Source: Candidatus Blackburnbacteria bacterium
GTDB lineage: Bacteria; Patescibacteriota; Microgenomatia; UBA8517; UBA10165
DNA: 64,000 bases
Direction of reading: 5' to 3'
NCBI GenBank assembly: GCA_016183565.1
Contig: JACPEJ010000001.1
Location: 614,479-678,478 of the forward strand
Shown here: one piece after another, positions 46,677-58,503 of the stretch
Position numbering within the stretch: the first letter of the stretch is position 1
How the letters are laid out: each line of letters begins with the position of its first letter
The notes under the pieces: model-generated
Told to the model about the DNA's origin: nothing
Database searches by the model: none
What the model saw: the letters and a program-made list of their open reading frames with translations, nothing else
Translations under genes and position numbers: made by a program

Positions 46677-48581
46677 ATGGCTTCACTTTCCGCAAAAACT
46701 ACCAGTTACACTGCAAAAGACATACAAGTTCTTGAGGGTTTAGAGCCAGTTCGCAAACGTCCTGGAATGTTTATCGGCTCAACTGATTCCCGAGGACTTC
46801 ATCACCTCATCACAGAAATAATTGACAACTCAGTCGATGAAGCTCTAGCAGACCACGCAACTGAAATTTGGGTAAGTCTTAACCCCGATGGGTCAGCAAC
46901 TGTTGAAGACAATGGGCGTGGTATACCTGTTGATAAACACAAGTCAGGAGTTTCAGCTTTAGAGCTTACTATGACAAAGCTCCACGCCGGGGGTAAGTTT
47001 GGAGACTCGGCTTACAAAGTCTCAGGAGGCTTACATGGAGTTGGAGCATCTGTCGTTAATGCACTTTCAGAGTGGCTTGAGGTAGAGGTGCATAGAGATG
47101 GATTCGCCTGGGTACAACGATACAAAAAGGGCGTTCCAGAAAGTGCACCGAAAAAAGGAGAGGCATTAAAGGACACGGGCACTAAGACAACCTTCTTGCC
47201 TGATAAGGCAGTTTTTACTACGACAGATTGGAACAAAAAGATAATCGAGGATTCTATTCGGAATCGTGCTTATCTTATTGCTGGGCTGAAGTTTCATCTT
47301 ACAGATAAGGAGGGTCCTAAAACATTTTACTTTGAAGGAGGTATAAAAAGCCTTGTTGCACACCTGAATAGTGATAGAACCACTCTTTCAAATATAGTTT
47401 ACGTTTCCCGTGAGGGGAATGATATTTCGGCTGAGGTTGCTATTCAATACAACGATGGGATGGGGGAGATGGTTGATTCTTTTGTAAATGTTATAAAGAC
47501 TCCCGATGGTGGGACTCATTTAACTGGTTTCAGGATCGGACTTACGCGCGCAGTTAATGATTATGCGAAAAAGATTGGTGTTACGAAGGAAATAATTGAG
47601 TCAATAAGCGGAGAGGATACACGCGAGGGTTTGACTGCAGTATTATTTGTCAAGATTCCAACCAATAGTATTCAATTTGAATCGCAAACAAAAACAAAAC
47701 TTAATAATCCCGAGGCTCAAGGTTTTGTTGCTCAACTTGTCAAAGAGGGTTTGGACACTTATTTTGAGGAGAACCCAAGCGAGGCGAGACGAATTCTTGA
47801 GAAAATTACATTGGCCACTAAGGCCCGGCTTGCTGCGCGAGCTGCTAAAGATGCGGTTTTGCGCAAAGGCGCGCTCGAGGGGTCAGGTCTTCCTGGGAAA
47901 CTTGCTGATTGTCAAGAGAAAAATCCGGTTTTTAGTGAGTTATTTATCATAGAAGGGGATTCTGCTGCTGGTACGGCAAAAGGCGGAAGGGACCGAAAGT
48001 TTCAGGCAATATTGCCAATTGGGGGGAAAATTCTTAACACGGAACGTGCGCATCTTGACAAAATTGTCAAATTCGAAGAGCTTAAAGATCTTATTATTGC
48101 GTTGGGAGCGGGGATAGGGGACATGGTTAACCTTGATAAACTGCGCTACCACCGAATCATTATTATGACTGATGCGGATGTGGACGGGTCTCACATCGCA
48201 ACTCTTTTGATGACATTTTTTTATCGACATTTCCCCGAAATAGTTCAAAAAGGGTACCTCTATCTTGCTCTTCCGCCACTTTATAAGGTTCAGCTTGGAA
48301 AAGAGATCTTTTATGCCTACAATGAAGAGGAAAAGCAAGAAATACTTACAAGCCATGGCAACGGCAAAGCCACAATCCAGCGCTATAAAGGACTTGGGGA
48401 AATGAACGCAGATCAGCTTAGGGATACGACTATGGATCCTGAGAAGAGGACACTTAAGCAAATTACCATAGAGGATGTTGAACAGACAGATAGAATATTT
48501 AGCACTCTTATGGGAGAGGATGTGCCACAGAGGAAAAAGTTTATACAGACATATGCGAAATTTGCGCAGTTGGATATATAA
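46677..48581 (+). CDS. gyrB: DNA gyrase subunit B
   Basis: GHKL ATPase motifs ([22 protein letters not shown]), Toprim domain (EGDSAGG), and a GyrB tail. Confidence 0.95.
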   Translation: MASLSAKTTSYTAKDIQVLEGLEPVRKRPGMFIGSTDSRGLHHLITEIIDNSVDEALADHATEIWVSLNPDGSATVEDNGRGIPVDKHKSGVSALELTMTKLHAGGKFGDSAYKVSGGLHGVGASVVNALSEWLEVEVHRDGFAWVQRYKKGVPESAPKKGEALKDTGTKTTFLPDKAVFTTTDWNKKIIEDSIRNRAYLIAGLKFHLTDKEGPKTFYFEGGIKSLVAHLNSDRTTLSNIVYVSREGNDISAEVAIQYNDGMGEMVDSFVNVIKTPDGGTHLTGFRIGLTRAVNDYAKKIGVTKEIIESISGEDTREGLTAVLFVKIPTNSIQFESQTKTKLNNPEAQGFVAQLVKEGLDTYFEENPSEARRILEKITLATKARLAARAAKDAVLRKGALEGSGLPGKLADCQEKNPVFSELFIIEGDSAAGTAKGGRDRKFQAILPIGGKILNTERAHLDKIVKFEELKDLIIALGAGIGDMVNLDKLRYHRIIIMTDADVDGSHIATLLMTFFYRHFPEIVQKGYLYLALPPLYKVQLGKEIFYAYNEEEKQEILTSHGNGKATIQRYKGLGEMNADQLRDTTMDPEKRTLKQITIEDVEQTDRIFSTLMGEDVPQRKKFIQTYAKFAQLDI

Positions 48582-48583
48582 AT

Positions 48584-50590
48584 ATGGATCCGATATTACT
48601 AATATCAATAGCTGCATCTTTGGTTACACTTATCTATAGTGCTTTCCTGGTAGTGCGCATCTTAAGACTTCCTGCGGGAGATGAGAAAGTACAAGAGATC
48701 GCAAAAGCAATAGCAGAGGGTGCGGCGGCATACCTGGCTCGTCAAAATAAGACCGTTGCAGTTGTTGCCATAGTTCTTACTGCTGTGCTTTGGGCAACAT
48801 TGGGAGTTTATGCGGCAGGTGGATTTTTAATCGGGGCTCTTGCTAGTGTTCTGGCTGGATACAGCGGGATGATGGTGGCTGTAAGAAGCAATTCTCGTAC
48901 AACCGAGGCTGCAAAAAAGGGACTTCCTGAAGCTTTATATGTTGCTTTTCAAGGAGGATCTGTAACCGGACTTATTGTAGGCGGACTTGCACTTTTGTCG
49001 ATTTCGATCGTTATTTTTTTATCTACAGTATTAGGCTTTGAACCAAATATGGCTCTGGTTGCCCTTGGGTTTGGGGGTTCTTTAATTTCAGTATTTGCAA
49101 GATTGGGCGGGGGAATTTACACCAAAGGCGCTGATGTAGGAACAGATATTGTAGGAAAAATCGAGAAGGGAATACCTGAGGATGATCCAAGAAATCCCGG
49201 CGTTGTAGCCGATCTTGTGGGAGACAATGTTGGAGATGATGCGGGAATGGCTGCCGATCTTTTTGAGACTTATGTTGTGACCGCAGTTTCGGCAATTCTT
49301 TTGGGTTCGCTTCTTTTTGGGGGTGGGGCAAATGTCTTGTTTCCACTTTTGGTTTCGGCAATTTCTTTGATCGCTTGCTTAGTTGGTACTTTCTTTGTTC
49401 GTTTATCCAACAGCAAAAGAATTATGCCTGCGCTTTATAAAGGGGTTGGAGCAACGGCTATTTTTGCAACTATTGGAGTAGTGCTGGCACTGAGAATATT
49501 GCCTCCGAACATACCGCAACTTAGTGATTCAAGTATTCTTGGAATTTTTCTAGTTGGGGTAGCCATAACGACTGGAATGATAGTAACTACTGAGTTTTTC
49601 ACTGGTAAAAATTCGGGTCCGGTTCGCAAGGTTGCAGAGGCGGGTGCTTCTGGACATGCGACTAATATAATCGCCGGGCTTGCGCTTTCTATGAAAGCAA
49701 CTCTTTTCCCAATACTGCTTATTGCCGTGGGAATTTTGGCATCATACATACTTGGTGGTCTTTTTGGTATAGCACTGGGAGCGGTAAGTATGCTTTCTCT
49801 AACCGCTATAGTTGTTGCAATTGATGCTTTCGGTCCTATAACGGACAATGCAGGTGGAATAGCTGAAATGTCAGGGCAGAGTGAGTCGGTAAGAAAAGTT
49901 ACGGACTCACTAGATGCTGTGGGTAATACTACTAAGGCAGTTACTAAAGCATACGCTATCGCTTCGGCTGGCCTTGCAAGTCTAGTGCTTTTTGCTGCCT
50001 ACACGGAGGAGTTGGCTAGGCGAGGAATGACAGAATCTTTCTCGCTTTCTGACCCTTATGTTCTTGTTGGTCTTTTCCTTGGCGCTTCTCTGCCATATCT
50101 CTTTGCAGGATTTGCAATGGAAGCTGTGGGGCGGGCAAGCCAAGCTATTGTTGCTGAAATTAGGCGCCAGTTTAAAGAAATAAAGGGAATACTTGCAGGT
50201 ACGGCTCGACCGGAATATGCAAAGTGTGTGGATATTGTTACAAAAGCGGCTTTAAGAGAGATGATAATTCCTGCACTTATTCCAGTTATTACGCCGATTG
50301 CGGTCGGGTTGTTGTTAGGAAGCCGAGCACTTGGTGGACTTTTGATGGGCATTATTATAACCGGTTTGTTTGTTGCAATTTCTATGACAACTGGTGGGGC
50401 TGCGTGGGATAATGCCAAAAAGTATATAGAGGATGGAAATTTGGGAGGTAAAGGTAGTGTTGCCCACCAGTCTGCTGTTACGGGAGATACTGTAGGAGAT
50501 CCTTACAAAGACACGGCAGGGCCCGCGATTAATCCAATGATAAAAGTGGCTAATGTAGTGGCATTATTGCTAGCGCCATTCTTGGTGTAA
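48584..50590 (+). CDS. hppA: Membrane-bound H+/Na+-translocating pyrophosphatase
   Basis: [28 protein letters not shown], and about 15 TM helices. Confidence 0.9.
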   Translation: MDPILLISIAASLVTLIYSAFLVVRILRLPAGDEKVQEIAKAIAEGAAAYLARQNKTVAVVAIVLTAVLWATLGVYAAGGFLIGALASVLAGYSGMMVAVRSNSRTTEAAKKGLPEALYVAFQGGSVTGLIVGGLALLSISIVIFLSTVLGFEPNMALVALGFGGSLISVFARLGGGIYTKGADVGTDIVGKIEKGIPEDDPRNPGVVADLVGDNVGDDAGMAADLFETYVVTAVSAILLGSLLFGGGANVLFPLLVSAISLIACLVGTFFVRLSNSKRIMPALYKGVGATAIFATIGVVLALRILPPNIPQLSDSSILGIFLVGVAITTGMIVTTEFFTGKNSGPVRKVAEAGASGHATNIIAGLALSMKATLFPILLIAVGILASYILGGLFGIALGAVSMLSLTAIVVAIDAFGPITDNAGGIAEMSGQSESVRKVTDSLDAVGNTTKAVTKAYAIASAGLASLVLFAAYTEELARRGMTESFSLSDPYVLVGLFLGASLPYLFAGFAMEAVGRASQAIVAEIRRQFKEIKGILAGTARPEYAKCVDIVTKAALREMIIPALIPVITPIAVGLLLGSRALGGLLMGIIITGLFVAISMTTGGAAWDNAKKYIEDGNLGGKGSVAHQSAVTGDTVGDPYKDTAGPAINPMIKVANVVALLLAPFLV

Positions 50591-50673
50591 AACGAAAAAC
50601 GGGAAACGTTATACGAAGAACGAAGAAGTATTTAACGTCTGCCGTTTTACGTTTAACATATTACCTTCTACTC

Positions 50674-53600
50674 ATGAAAATCGGCAAAGTAATACCAGCT
50701 GAGATAACTCAAGAAATGCATAGAAGCTATCTTGATTATGCGATGTCTGTTATTGTCGCGCGTGCTCTTCCTGATGTTCGGGATGGTTTAAAACCTGTAC
50801 ACCGAAGAATTCTTTTTGCAATGAATGATCTGGGTTTAGCTCCTAGCTCAGCTTACACAAAGTCAGCAAAGGTTGTTGGAGAAACGATGGGTAAATACCA
50901 TCCTCATGGTGATGGACCAATCTATGATGCTCTTGTCCGCATGGCCCAAGACTTCTCGTTGCGCTACCCGCTGGTTGATGGCCAGGGAAACTTCGGCTGT
51001 TTTACTAAAGATACAAAAATTAAACTAACAGATGGTCGCGATATAACCTTCCAGGATCTCATAGTAGAGTACAAGAAAGGTAAAAAGAATTATACCTATA
51101 CCATAAACTCCCAGGGACTGATTAACATTGCAGAAATAAAGCATCCCAGGCTGACAATTAAAAAAACTCAGATCGTAAAAATTACTTTAGACAACGGCAA
51201 GAAAATAAAATGTACACCGAACCACTTATTTATGTTGAAAGACAGAAGCTATAAGGAGGCAGCCAATCTAACGAAAAAAGACTCTCTCATGCCTTTTTAC
51301 CAAAGGCTATCTCAAAACACGGATCGCCTCAATAGGGAAGGCTATGTTCTAATCTTCCAAAATTCAACTGACACGTGGGTGCCCACACATCATCTAGCCG
51401 ACAACTACAACTTAACTCACGGCACATACACAAAAAGCGCAGGAAGAGTGCGACATCACCAAGATTTTAACAAGCTTAATAACAATCCAGACAATGTAAT
51501 CAGAATGGCATGGGAAAACCACTGGAAGATCCATTATGAAAATGCAAAATTGAAACACAAAGACCCTGAATACCGCGAGAAGATAGCAAAAGGCCGGACA
51601 GAATACTGGTCAAATCCTGCCGCACGCGAGAAGCAAGCACTTCGTACGTCAACCATGAACTTCAAGAACTGGCAAAATCCCAAGTATAGGGAAAAAATGA
51701 AAAAATTGTTAAGTGAAGTTAATATTCAATACATTGCTGCACACCCTGAAAAAAGGAAAGAGTTCAGCGAAAGAGCGCACAGAACGCTCAAGAGACTATG
51801 GCAAGATCCAAACTACCGTGCCGCAATGCATGAAAAGATTATTAAAGGCAACAAAAACCACACAATCAACAAGACTGATAGGGTCAAGTTTATAAATATT
51901 TGCAAGGAGGTAACTAAACAGTTTCAATCTCTAGATGAACATAATTACAATCAAGCACGAAGTACCGTTTACCCTTACGGTTCATCTCCCTTTTGGCGAA
52001 CGGGATTGAAAAACTACTTTAATAATGACCCAGATCTCGTAAGACTTGAGATAAACAAGAATCACAAAATCGTGAGTGTAGAAACTCTTGTTAAAAGAGA
52101 GGATGTCTATGATTTAACAATTGACTCAACACATAACTTTGCACTAGCAGCAGGAGTTTTTGTCCACAACTCAGTAGATGGCGACCCCCCGGCAGCTATG
52201 AGATATAGTGAGGTGCGTCCCTCGAAAATTTCTCAGGAATTATTAAAAGATATTGATAAAGGCACCGTAGAATTTGATGATAACTTTGACGGATCTTTGA
52301 AAGAACCAAGATATTTGCCTGCACTCTTGCCTAATCTTCTTTTAATGGGCGCAGAGGGCATTGCTGTGGGTATGGCGACAAAGATTCCGCCTCATAATTT
52401 AACAGAAGTTACAGATGCAATTATTGAAACTATTAAAAAAGGAAAGGTTGTAAGAGAGGGGAATGGAGGAACCCCTAGACCCCCCTTCGACTACGCTCAG
52501 GGTCGCTCAGGACAAGTCCATTCGGCTAGCTCAGGACAAGCGGATGATTTCTTTATAAAAAGGATTGACCTTGCGGTTTCTCAAAATAAGACCAAGGTTA
52601 CAGATACAATAAAAGAGCAAAGCTCTCTTCAACTGCGTATAGAAGCACCAAAAGTCGATTTTGCCTCTGATATAACAATTGAAGAAATAATGGGCTATAT
52701 CAAAGGCCCTGATTTCCCAACCGGAGCTGTAATTTATGGCGGGAAATTGCTTCCGGAGGTTTATAGTTCGGGGCGAGGCAGAATTGTTATCAGAGGTGTT
52801 GCAAAGATTGAAGAAACTGTCCGCGGCAAGACTCGCATTGTTATAACAGAACTGCCATACCAGGTAAACAAGGCGGTACTTGTTGCAAAGGTCGCAGAAC
52901 TTGTTCGCGATAAAAGGATTGTTGGAATCTCGGATCTTCGGGATGAGTCTGACCGACGCGGAATGTCGGTTGTTATAGAGCTTAAAAAAGATGCCCGCCC
53001 CAAATCGGTTCTAAATAACCTCTACAAACACACAGATTTACAAACAACATTCCCAGCAAACTTTGTTGCTCTTGTTGATGGAGTGCCTAGAACTCTAAAT
53101 ATTAAGCAGATTTTGGTCGAATACATAAGACACAGGCAACAAGTAGTAACCAGACGATCGATATTTGAGCTTACAGAAGCAAAGCGACGGGCTCATATCC
53201 TTGAGGGATTGAAGATTGCCCTTGACAATCTGGATGCAGTTATAAAAACAATTCGCGAGAGCAGGGATGGGGAAACTGCGAAAAACAACTTGATAAAGAG
53301 GTTTGGCTTAACCCAAGTTCAGGCAGTTGCCATTCTTGATATGCAACTCAGGCGTCTTTCAGCTTTGGAGCGGGAAAAGATTGAAGAAGAATATAAGAAA
53401 GTTCAAGAGATCATAGATTATTTGACAGATCTCCTACTTCACCCCGAGAAAATTTTGAAAGTCATAGAGGATGAGCTTGGTGCTCTTAAGGAAAAATACG
53501 GAGATGTAAGACAGACCCGAGTTGTGGCGTCTCCAATAGGGGAGATGTCGGAAGAAGATTTGGTTGCAAAAGAAGATGTTGTAATTACTATTACCAAGAC

Positions 53601-54591
53601 AGGATATATAAAACGGGTTCCACCAAACACATATCGGCAACAGAGGCGAGGAGGGAAGGGAGTAGTGGGTATGACAACAAAAGAGGAAGATGAGATAGCT
53701 TCTCTTCTTTCCGCTTCTACGCATGATAGTCTTATGTTTTTTACTAACAAAGGTCGTGTCTTTGGTTTGCGGGTTTGGGAAATTCCTGAAAGCTCCCGAC
53801 AGTCCAAGGGACAAGCAGTTGTTAACCTTATTAACATCGATCAGGGGGAAAGGGTAGAATCGGTTTTATCTTTGGAGAAAGAGAGTGGTGTTAAGTATTT
53901 AATTCTTGCAACCCGAGACGGTGTAATTAAAAGAACATCTATTGAGCAGTTCAAGAACTTGCGTTCCGGAGGCTTAATTGCGATTAGACTTGACAAGAAT
54001 GACTCTTTGGCTTGGGTAAGACCAACGGATGGCAAGAGTCATGCGATTCTTGTAACTAAGAAGGGTAAGTGCATTCGTTTTGCGGAAAGTGATGTTCGGC
54101 CAATGGGAAGACCAACGCGGGGAGTGCGAGGGATTCAGCTACATGACGGAGATCAGGTTGTTGGCATGGAAGTTGTTCCGGAAAAACCAGAGACAACAAC
54201 AGACAAGAGACGGAAATTGTTTAGGAATATACTTGTTGTTATGGAAAAGGGTCTCGGGAAAAGAACTCCGATCCAATATTTCCCCTTGCAGAAACGAAGC
54301 GGGATGGGGGTTAAAGTTGCTGAGTTGACGGACAAAACAGGAGATGTGGCAGCAGCGCTTTTGGTAACACAGGAGATTCCTGAGGTTTTGATTACGAGTA
54401 AAACCGGGCAGGTGATTAAACTTCCTTTGAAGAATATTCCGCAATTGGGCAGAGCTACTCAGGGGGTAATTCTAATGCGCTTTAGTGATAAGGCCGATCA
54501 GGTTGCGGCAGTTGCGACACTTGAGAAAGACGGGGGAGAGGAAGAAACACCTGTGACAGAGACTTCAGAAGAAGCTCCTGAGGTAAACTAG
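50674..54591 (+). CDS. gyrA: DNA gyrase subunit A, interrupted by an in-frame intein
   Basis: The extein reads ...[12 protein letters not shown]|[16 protein letters not shown]... An intein lies between the two halves. GyrA beta-pinwheel repeats follow. Confidence 0.9.
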   Translation: MKIGKVIPAEITQEMHRSYLDYAMSVIVARALPDVRDGLKPVHRRILFAMNDLGLAPSSAYTKSAKVVGETMGKYHPHGDGPIYDALVRMAQDFSLRYPLVDGQGNFGCFTKDTKIKLTDGRDITFQDLIVEYKKGKKNYTYTINSQGLINIAEIKHPRLTIKKTQIVKITLDNGKKIKCTPNHLFMLKDRSYKEAANLTKKDSLMPFYQRLSQNTDRLNREGYVLIFQNSTDTWVPTHHLADNYNLTHGTYTKSAGRVRHHQDFNKLNNNPDNVIRMAWENHWKIHYENAKLKHKDPEYREKIAKGRTEYWSNPAAREKQALRTSTMNFKNWQNPKYREKMKKLLSEVNIQYIAAHPEKRKEFSERAHRTLKRLWQDPNYRAAMHEKIIKGNKNHTINKTDRVKFINICKEVTKQFQSLDEHNYNQARSTVYPYGSSPFWRTGLKNYFNNDPDLVRLEINKNHKIVSVETLVKREDVYDLTIDSTHNFALAAGVFVHNSVDGDPPAAMRYSEVRPSKISQELLKDIDKGTVEFDDNFDGSLKEPRYLPALLPNLLLMGAEGIAVGMATKIPPHNLTEVTDAIIETIKKGKVVREGNGGTPRPPFDYAQGRSGQVHSASSGQADDFFIKRIDLAVSQNKTKVTDTIKEQSSLQLRIEAPKVDFASDITIEEIMGYIKGPDFPTGAVIYGGKLLPEVYSSGRGRIVIRGVAKIEETVRGKTRIVITELPYQVNKAVLVAKVAELVRDKRIVGISDLRDESDRRGMSVVIELKKDARPKSVLNNLYKHTDLQTTFPANFVALVDGVPRTLNIKQILVEYIRHRQQVVTRRSIFELTEAKRRAHILEGLKIALDNLDAVIKTIRESRDGETAKNNLIKRFGLTQVQAVAILDMQLRRLSALEREKIEEEYKKVQEIIDYLTDLLLHPEKILKVIEDELGALKEKYGDVRQTRVVASPIGEMSEEDLVAKEDVVITITKTGYIKRVPPNTYRQQRRGGKGVVGMTTKEEDEIASLLSASTHDSLMFFTNKGRVFGLRVWEIPESSRQSKGQAVVNLINIDQGERVESVLSLEKESGVKYLILATRDGVIKRTSIEQFKNLRSGGLIAIRLDKNDSLAWVRPTDGKSHAILVTKKGKCIRFAESDVRPMGRPTRGVRGIQLHDGDQVVGMEVVPEKPETTTDKRRKLFRNILVVMEKGLGKRTPIQYFPLQKRSGMGVKVAELTDKTGDVAAALLVTQEIPEVLITSKTGQVIKLPLKNIPQLGRATQGVILMRFSDKADQVAAVATLEKDGGEEETPVTETSEEAPEVN
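50998..52170 (+). mobile_element. GyrA intein (391 aa) with a putative HNH-type homing endonuclease domain
   Basis: Starts at Cys ([13 protein letters not shown], block A). Block B is CTPNHLFML. Ends ...[12 protein letters not shown], followed by a Ser +1 nucleophile. The middle part carries THH...N...NHWKIH and no LAGLIDADG motif. Confidence 0.8.
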
Positions 54592-54600
54592 TGCCACATA

Positions 54601-54671
54601 TCCCGAGGTGCCAACCCCAGTAGTACAACATTGTTGACTACGGGGCAGGCGTATTCCACCTCCCAGGTGGA
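54601..54671 (+). repeat. REP-like element, copy h, with a 35-nt inserted hairpin
   Basis: TCCCGAGGTGCCAA[CCCCAGTAGTACAACATTGTTGACTACGGGGCAGGC]GTATTCCACCTCCCAGGTGGAAT. Confidence 0.7.
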
Positions 54672-54758
54672 ATTTAGTGCATCTTACTATTCGGAGTAGT
54701 TTGATTAGAATGAGTGCCTTGGGTTAGCGTTCGCTCAACCATATACGCAGCAGGAGTA

Positions 54759-55460
54759 TTAGAAAGTCTGGACTTTGGTGTTTTGTTTTAATTCCTGGAA
54801 TTTTTGGTAGAAGATTTGTGAGAGCTTCTGTTGTTTGAGAAGTTTTTCTGCTTCTTCTCGTTGAGCAGTAGGATCTGTTGCTTGAAGTTGAGATTTATTT
54901 TCCTTAACAAACTTATCGATTTCTTCCGCTGATACTGTTGCTTCTTCTGAATAAAGTTTTTCCATAGCAAGTTGCAGTTTAATTTGGTCTCTGACACCAT
55001 CTTTTGATTGACCTTGTTCCTTAAGAAGTTTTGCAAAAGAATCTCCGCCACCGAATTTCCCTTCAAGCTCTGCTACTTTTGCGTCAATCTCTTGAGAAGT
55101 TGGGAGAGCGTTTTTCTTTTTGGCTTCATCAAGGACAATCTTTTCGTTGATTATTTGCTCTAATGTTTGTTGCCTGTAGTCCTTGTTCATTCTTTCTAAT
55201 AGCTCAATTCCTGTAACAGGGGAGCCGTTAACTATTGCGGGAACAAACCAGCCCTTTTTGTAATATGCTAGGCCAAAAATTGCTAGGGCTATTAAAGATA
55301 TAGCAAGAATTTTTCTAGTAGATAGTTTTCGGTTGGTTAGGGAGAAAGAAGACTCAAAGCTCTCAACTTCAGGAGAAACAATGGTTCTTTTGGAAGTCTT
55401 TCGGTTACTAGCAGGCTTATTTGTTTTTGTTGTCTTTGCTGTCAATTTCTTTGCTGGCAT
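54759..55460 (-). CDS. SurA N-terminal-like chaperone domain protein (no PPIase domain)
   Basis: TM anchor followed by a SurA_N-like helical domain. Confidence 0.45.
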   Translation of the reverse strand: MPAKKLTAKTTKTNKPASNRKTSKRTIVSPEVESFESSFSLTNRKLSTRKILAISLIALAIFGLAYYKKGWFVPAIVNGSPVTGIELLERMNKDYRQQTLEQIINEKIVLDEAKKKNALPTSQEIDAKVAELEGKFGGGDSFAKLLKEQGQSKDGVRDQIKLQLAMEKLYSEEATVSAEEIDKFVKENKSQLQATDPTAQREEAEKLLKQQKLSQIFYQKFQELKQNTKVQTF

Positions 55461-55668
55461 GTGCTGATGGTATCAGAATATATAAGATTTGGCAATTATC
55501 CCTTGACAACAAGGCTGGAAGCTATTAAGAGATTAAGATTTCTTGATCTATGGGAGTCACATACAAAACAGCTTGGAGGATATTTAAGCAAATCAGAATG
55601 CTTATGACCCAAACTCCATCCTTTTTGGATGGAATTTAGGATTTAATTCTCCTTATAGATTATGCCCA

Positions 55669-56628
55669 TTAACCTCGGCCGCCCTTGCCATGAAATGCGT
55701 CGTGGACTTCTTTTAGTTGTTTATTGGTTATGTGAGTGTAGATCTGGGTAGTTGAGACATTCTTGTGCCCAAGCATCTCCTGCACACTTCTTAAATCTGC
55801 TCCGGCCATTAATAAATCTGTGGCAAACGAATGGCGAATTGAATGGACAGTAGCATCAACAGGAAGTTTTATTTTCCTAACGTATTTTTTTACCATCCGT
55901 TGTATAGATCGGGGAGTAAGCCTCATTTCTTCATTAGATACTTGAGGATCAATTTTTCCTTTGTGGCGAATAAAAAGTGGTTTATAATTATCGTTCCGTG
56001 CAGTCAAATACGTCCTAATCATATCTCCGGCACGAGACGAAAGGAAAACAACCCGTGGCCTTCTACCCTTCCCCACAATCCCAAATTCCCTTCTGTCTAA
56101 ATCTACCGTGTCTCTATCCAAACTAACAAGCTCGGATACTCGAAGACCAGTAGAGAATAAAGTCTCAAGGATTGCCTTATCTCTCTTGTCAATTACAGAA
56201 GATAAAGAAGGAGCATTAAGAAGTCTATCCATCTGCTCTCCGTTTAAAAACTTTAAAGAGTGACTTTCTCCTTTAGGTAGGTCAATTTTATCGGGAGCTA
56301 AGACTTGTCGGTCGGTTTTAACAAGATAGCGCAAAAAAGACCGAAGGGCAATTGCATGATAGCCTTGGGTTTTTCTTGAGAGCGAAGAGCCTTTTCTGTT
56401 AGTTAATCGAGATAGATACAAGCGGTAGTTCTGCACAATATCCTGATTGATATCAGCAAGCCTGTCTTTATTTTGGGATTTCAAAAAAGTAGAAAGCCTA
56501 TGAAGATAATGCGAGTAGTTGCGGACTGTAAGAGGGGAGACCGAGCGTTCAACTTCAAGATATTCAAGAAATTCTTGGATTGCCTTCTCGAGTTCTGTTT
56601 TTGTTTTTTGCGGTTCGGCAGGATCCAT
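55669..56628 (-). CDS. Tyrosine site-specific recombinase (XerC/XerD family)
   Basis: HSIRHSFATDLLMAGADLRSVQEMLGHKNVSTTQIYTH gives the R-H-R-Y catalytic pattern. Confidence 0.8.
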   Translation of the reverse strand: MDPAEPQKTKTELEKAIQEFLEYLEVERSVSPLTVRNYSHYLHRLSTFLKSQNKDRLADINQDIVQNYRLYLSRLTNRKGSSLSRKTQGYHAIALRSFLRYLVKTDRQVLAPDKIDLPKGESHSLKFLNGEQMDRLLNAPSLSSVIDKRDKAILETLFSTGLRVSELVSLDRDTVDLDRREFGIVGKGRRPRVVFLSSRAGDMIRTYLTARNDNYKPLFIRHKGKIDPQVSNEEMRLTPRSIQRMVKKYVRKIKLPVDATVHSIRHSFATDLLMAGADLRSVQEMLGHKNVSTTQIYTHITNKQLKEVHDAFHGKGGRG

Positions 56629-57037
56629 AAATAAATTTTTAATTTGAAATTTTTAATTTTTAAAATGAATTGTGTTAATACACTTTACATCAAGAAGAGC
56701 GGAGAGTCAATATTGTGCGACTGTGGAGAGCTGGCATCTCGTGATATAATGATGAATTTTTTCGGTTGTTTAAGTAGTCAACAATCGTCACTTCACCAAA
56801 TGCCCTAGGACGCGTTTTTTTAGGAAAGCTGACTAGATACCCGTCTTATACCCAAAATACTTTTAATAGGGGATAGTGTTTGGGTATTGTTTGGAGAGGC
56901 AAAAAGTTGGACATTCGGGCTAGTCGGAATAACATAAAAGAATACAAGGCTTTGCAAAAAATAAATCAATACATTAAGAATCAAAACTGTGGTGGTTTGT
57001 CGCCTCTTCTCTAGGGAAATTCAGAAGCGTCGCAAAA

Positions 57038-57066
57038 GGTATATTGTACGACACTGTACAATCTGC
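57038..57066. promoter_or_regulatory. Candidate dif-like Xer recombination site
   Basis: GGTATATTGTAC-GACACT-GTACAATCTGC has an 11-6-11 architecture with inner palindromic arms (TTGTAC / GTACAA). It lies about 410 bp upstream of the Xer-family recombinase gene. Confidence 0.3.
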
Positions 57067-57419
57067 TTCTCCCTGCGGGAGTATATTACTCATCAAACAT
57101 CAGGGCCTGTCCAGTATATAAACCTAAGATCATTATATACAGAAGCGAGTACCCACACAACCTCCTTTGTTATCTATCTGCTGAACTTATCCACAAACCC
57201 CTTCTCCCAGAGCAGAAACTTACTATCAAACTATATCATTTAAGGCTACTTTCGGGTTTTCTTTTCTATGCTCATTAGCAGTCTACGTCGCTTTTTGCGT
57301 GAAAATTATGGGCTAATGTTGTGAAAACCTGCCTTTAAATTATAGGTTATTATGGACTATAGGTCTCCCTCTCCCCTGCTCCGAACGCTGTGGGTAAAAA
57401 AATATACACCAAGGCAATT

Positions 57420-57725
57420 TTAGATTGTTTCTTTAAACATCTGGCGCAGTATTCCTTCAGTCATTAATGATTTCTTTATTCTGGTCCGATGTGCAAAACT
57501 CAAAATCTGTATCTTCTTATAATTTAGTGGAACACGTATTTCTTTGAAGTTCGCTTTCATCCAAGCGTCACATAATCGAATTCCTTCCGCTAGTGCTCTT
57601 GCAACATCCGCTTCTGAAAGTCTTGGGAGGTTGTCTATTGGGTGGAAAGCACCGTTTAACCTGCCATTTTGAGGTATAGTTTGGGCATCTTGGATAACTC
57701 TTGTCTCAATTTCTACTGTCATCAC
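57420..57725 (-). CDS. Hypothetical protein (101 aa)
   Basis: ORF only. Confidence 0.3.
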   Translation of the reverse strand: MMTVEIETRVIQDAQTIPQNGRLNGAFHPIDNLPRLSEADVARALAEGIRLCDAWMKANFKEIRVPLNYKKIQILSFAHRTRIKKSLMTEGILRQMFKETI

Positions 57726-57726
57726 A

Positions 57727-58497
57727 CTACCCTCCCCACCTTGCTGTTAAGAACATTGTTACAAAAACAATTGCTCCAACAAGAAAATATTCTTTGATTG
57801 TTTTTGGAAAAAGCCTTTGCTGAAGTTTAGCTTGGCCTAATCCAAGTCCCATATACATTACCGTTGTTAGCGCGAGTGATCCCACTGCAACTGTCACAGG
57901 CCAGAATGAAAGCACGGTTGCGATCTCACCGGTAACTAGAGCAAAAACAGCACCTAATAATAAAACCTCGCGCCCAAGCTTTCGTTCAAGGTCGATTGAC
58001 CAAAAGCCTTGCAGTAAAAGCGGGAAAGAAACTAGAGATGCTGCTACTCCATTAGCCCAAAAATAGGATCTTAAGGAAAAGAGTGTGTCAAACAAAAGAA
58101 AGCTTGTTAAAAGAGTGAGCAGGAATCCTACTGCATGAGCAGCGCGCAAAAGAGCAATTGTACGAGCTGCAGCAACTGTATAAATATTCGATGTTAGAAG
58201 AAGTGCATAGATTCCCAAAGAGTAAAGCATTAAAACCGGGATAGCTATAAACAAGGTGGGAGGTAATAAGAAATAGAAAAAGCCAACTCCGGCTGTGAAA
58301 AGGGTGGGGAGAATAAGGACTAAGAGTGTTGAATTTCGTCCCAAACCTTCTTTTAGGGACCAAAGAGTAAGGAGAGTAGATAGCAGTGTTAAACCTCCTA
58401 TTGCCTGGTATCTAAAGCTTGTATCAAGAAACTGAAGTGATATAAATCCTGAGGTAAGGATAAGAGAACTTATTACGAATTTTTGTCGTTTGGTCAT
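57727..58497 (-). CDS. Hypothetical polytopic membrane protein
   Basis: About 8 predicted TM helices. No motif recognised. Confidence 0.4.
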   Translation of the reverse strand: MTKRQKFVISSLILTSGFISLQFLDTSFRYQAIGGLTLLSTLLTLWSLKEGLGRNSTLLVLILPTLFTAGVGFFYFLLPPTLFIAIPVLMLYSLGIYALLLTSNIYTVAAARTIALLRAAHAVGFLLTLLTSFLLFDTLFSLRSYFWANGVAASLVSFPLLLQGFWSIDLERKLGREVLLLGAVFALVTGEIATVLSFWPVTVAVGSLALTTVMYMGLGLGQAKLQQRLFPKTIKEYFLVGAIVFVTMFLTARWGG

Positions 58498-58503
58498 TTC
58501 CTA

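Noticed and set aside
57105-57131. AGTATATAA-N11-TTATATAC inverted repeat considered as the dif site
   Set aside because: The 11-nt spacer is too long for a Xer core site. The 57038-57066 site fits the 11-6-11 architecture better.
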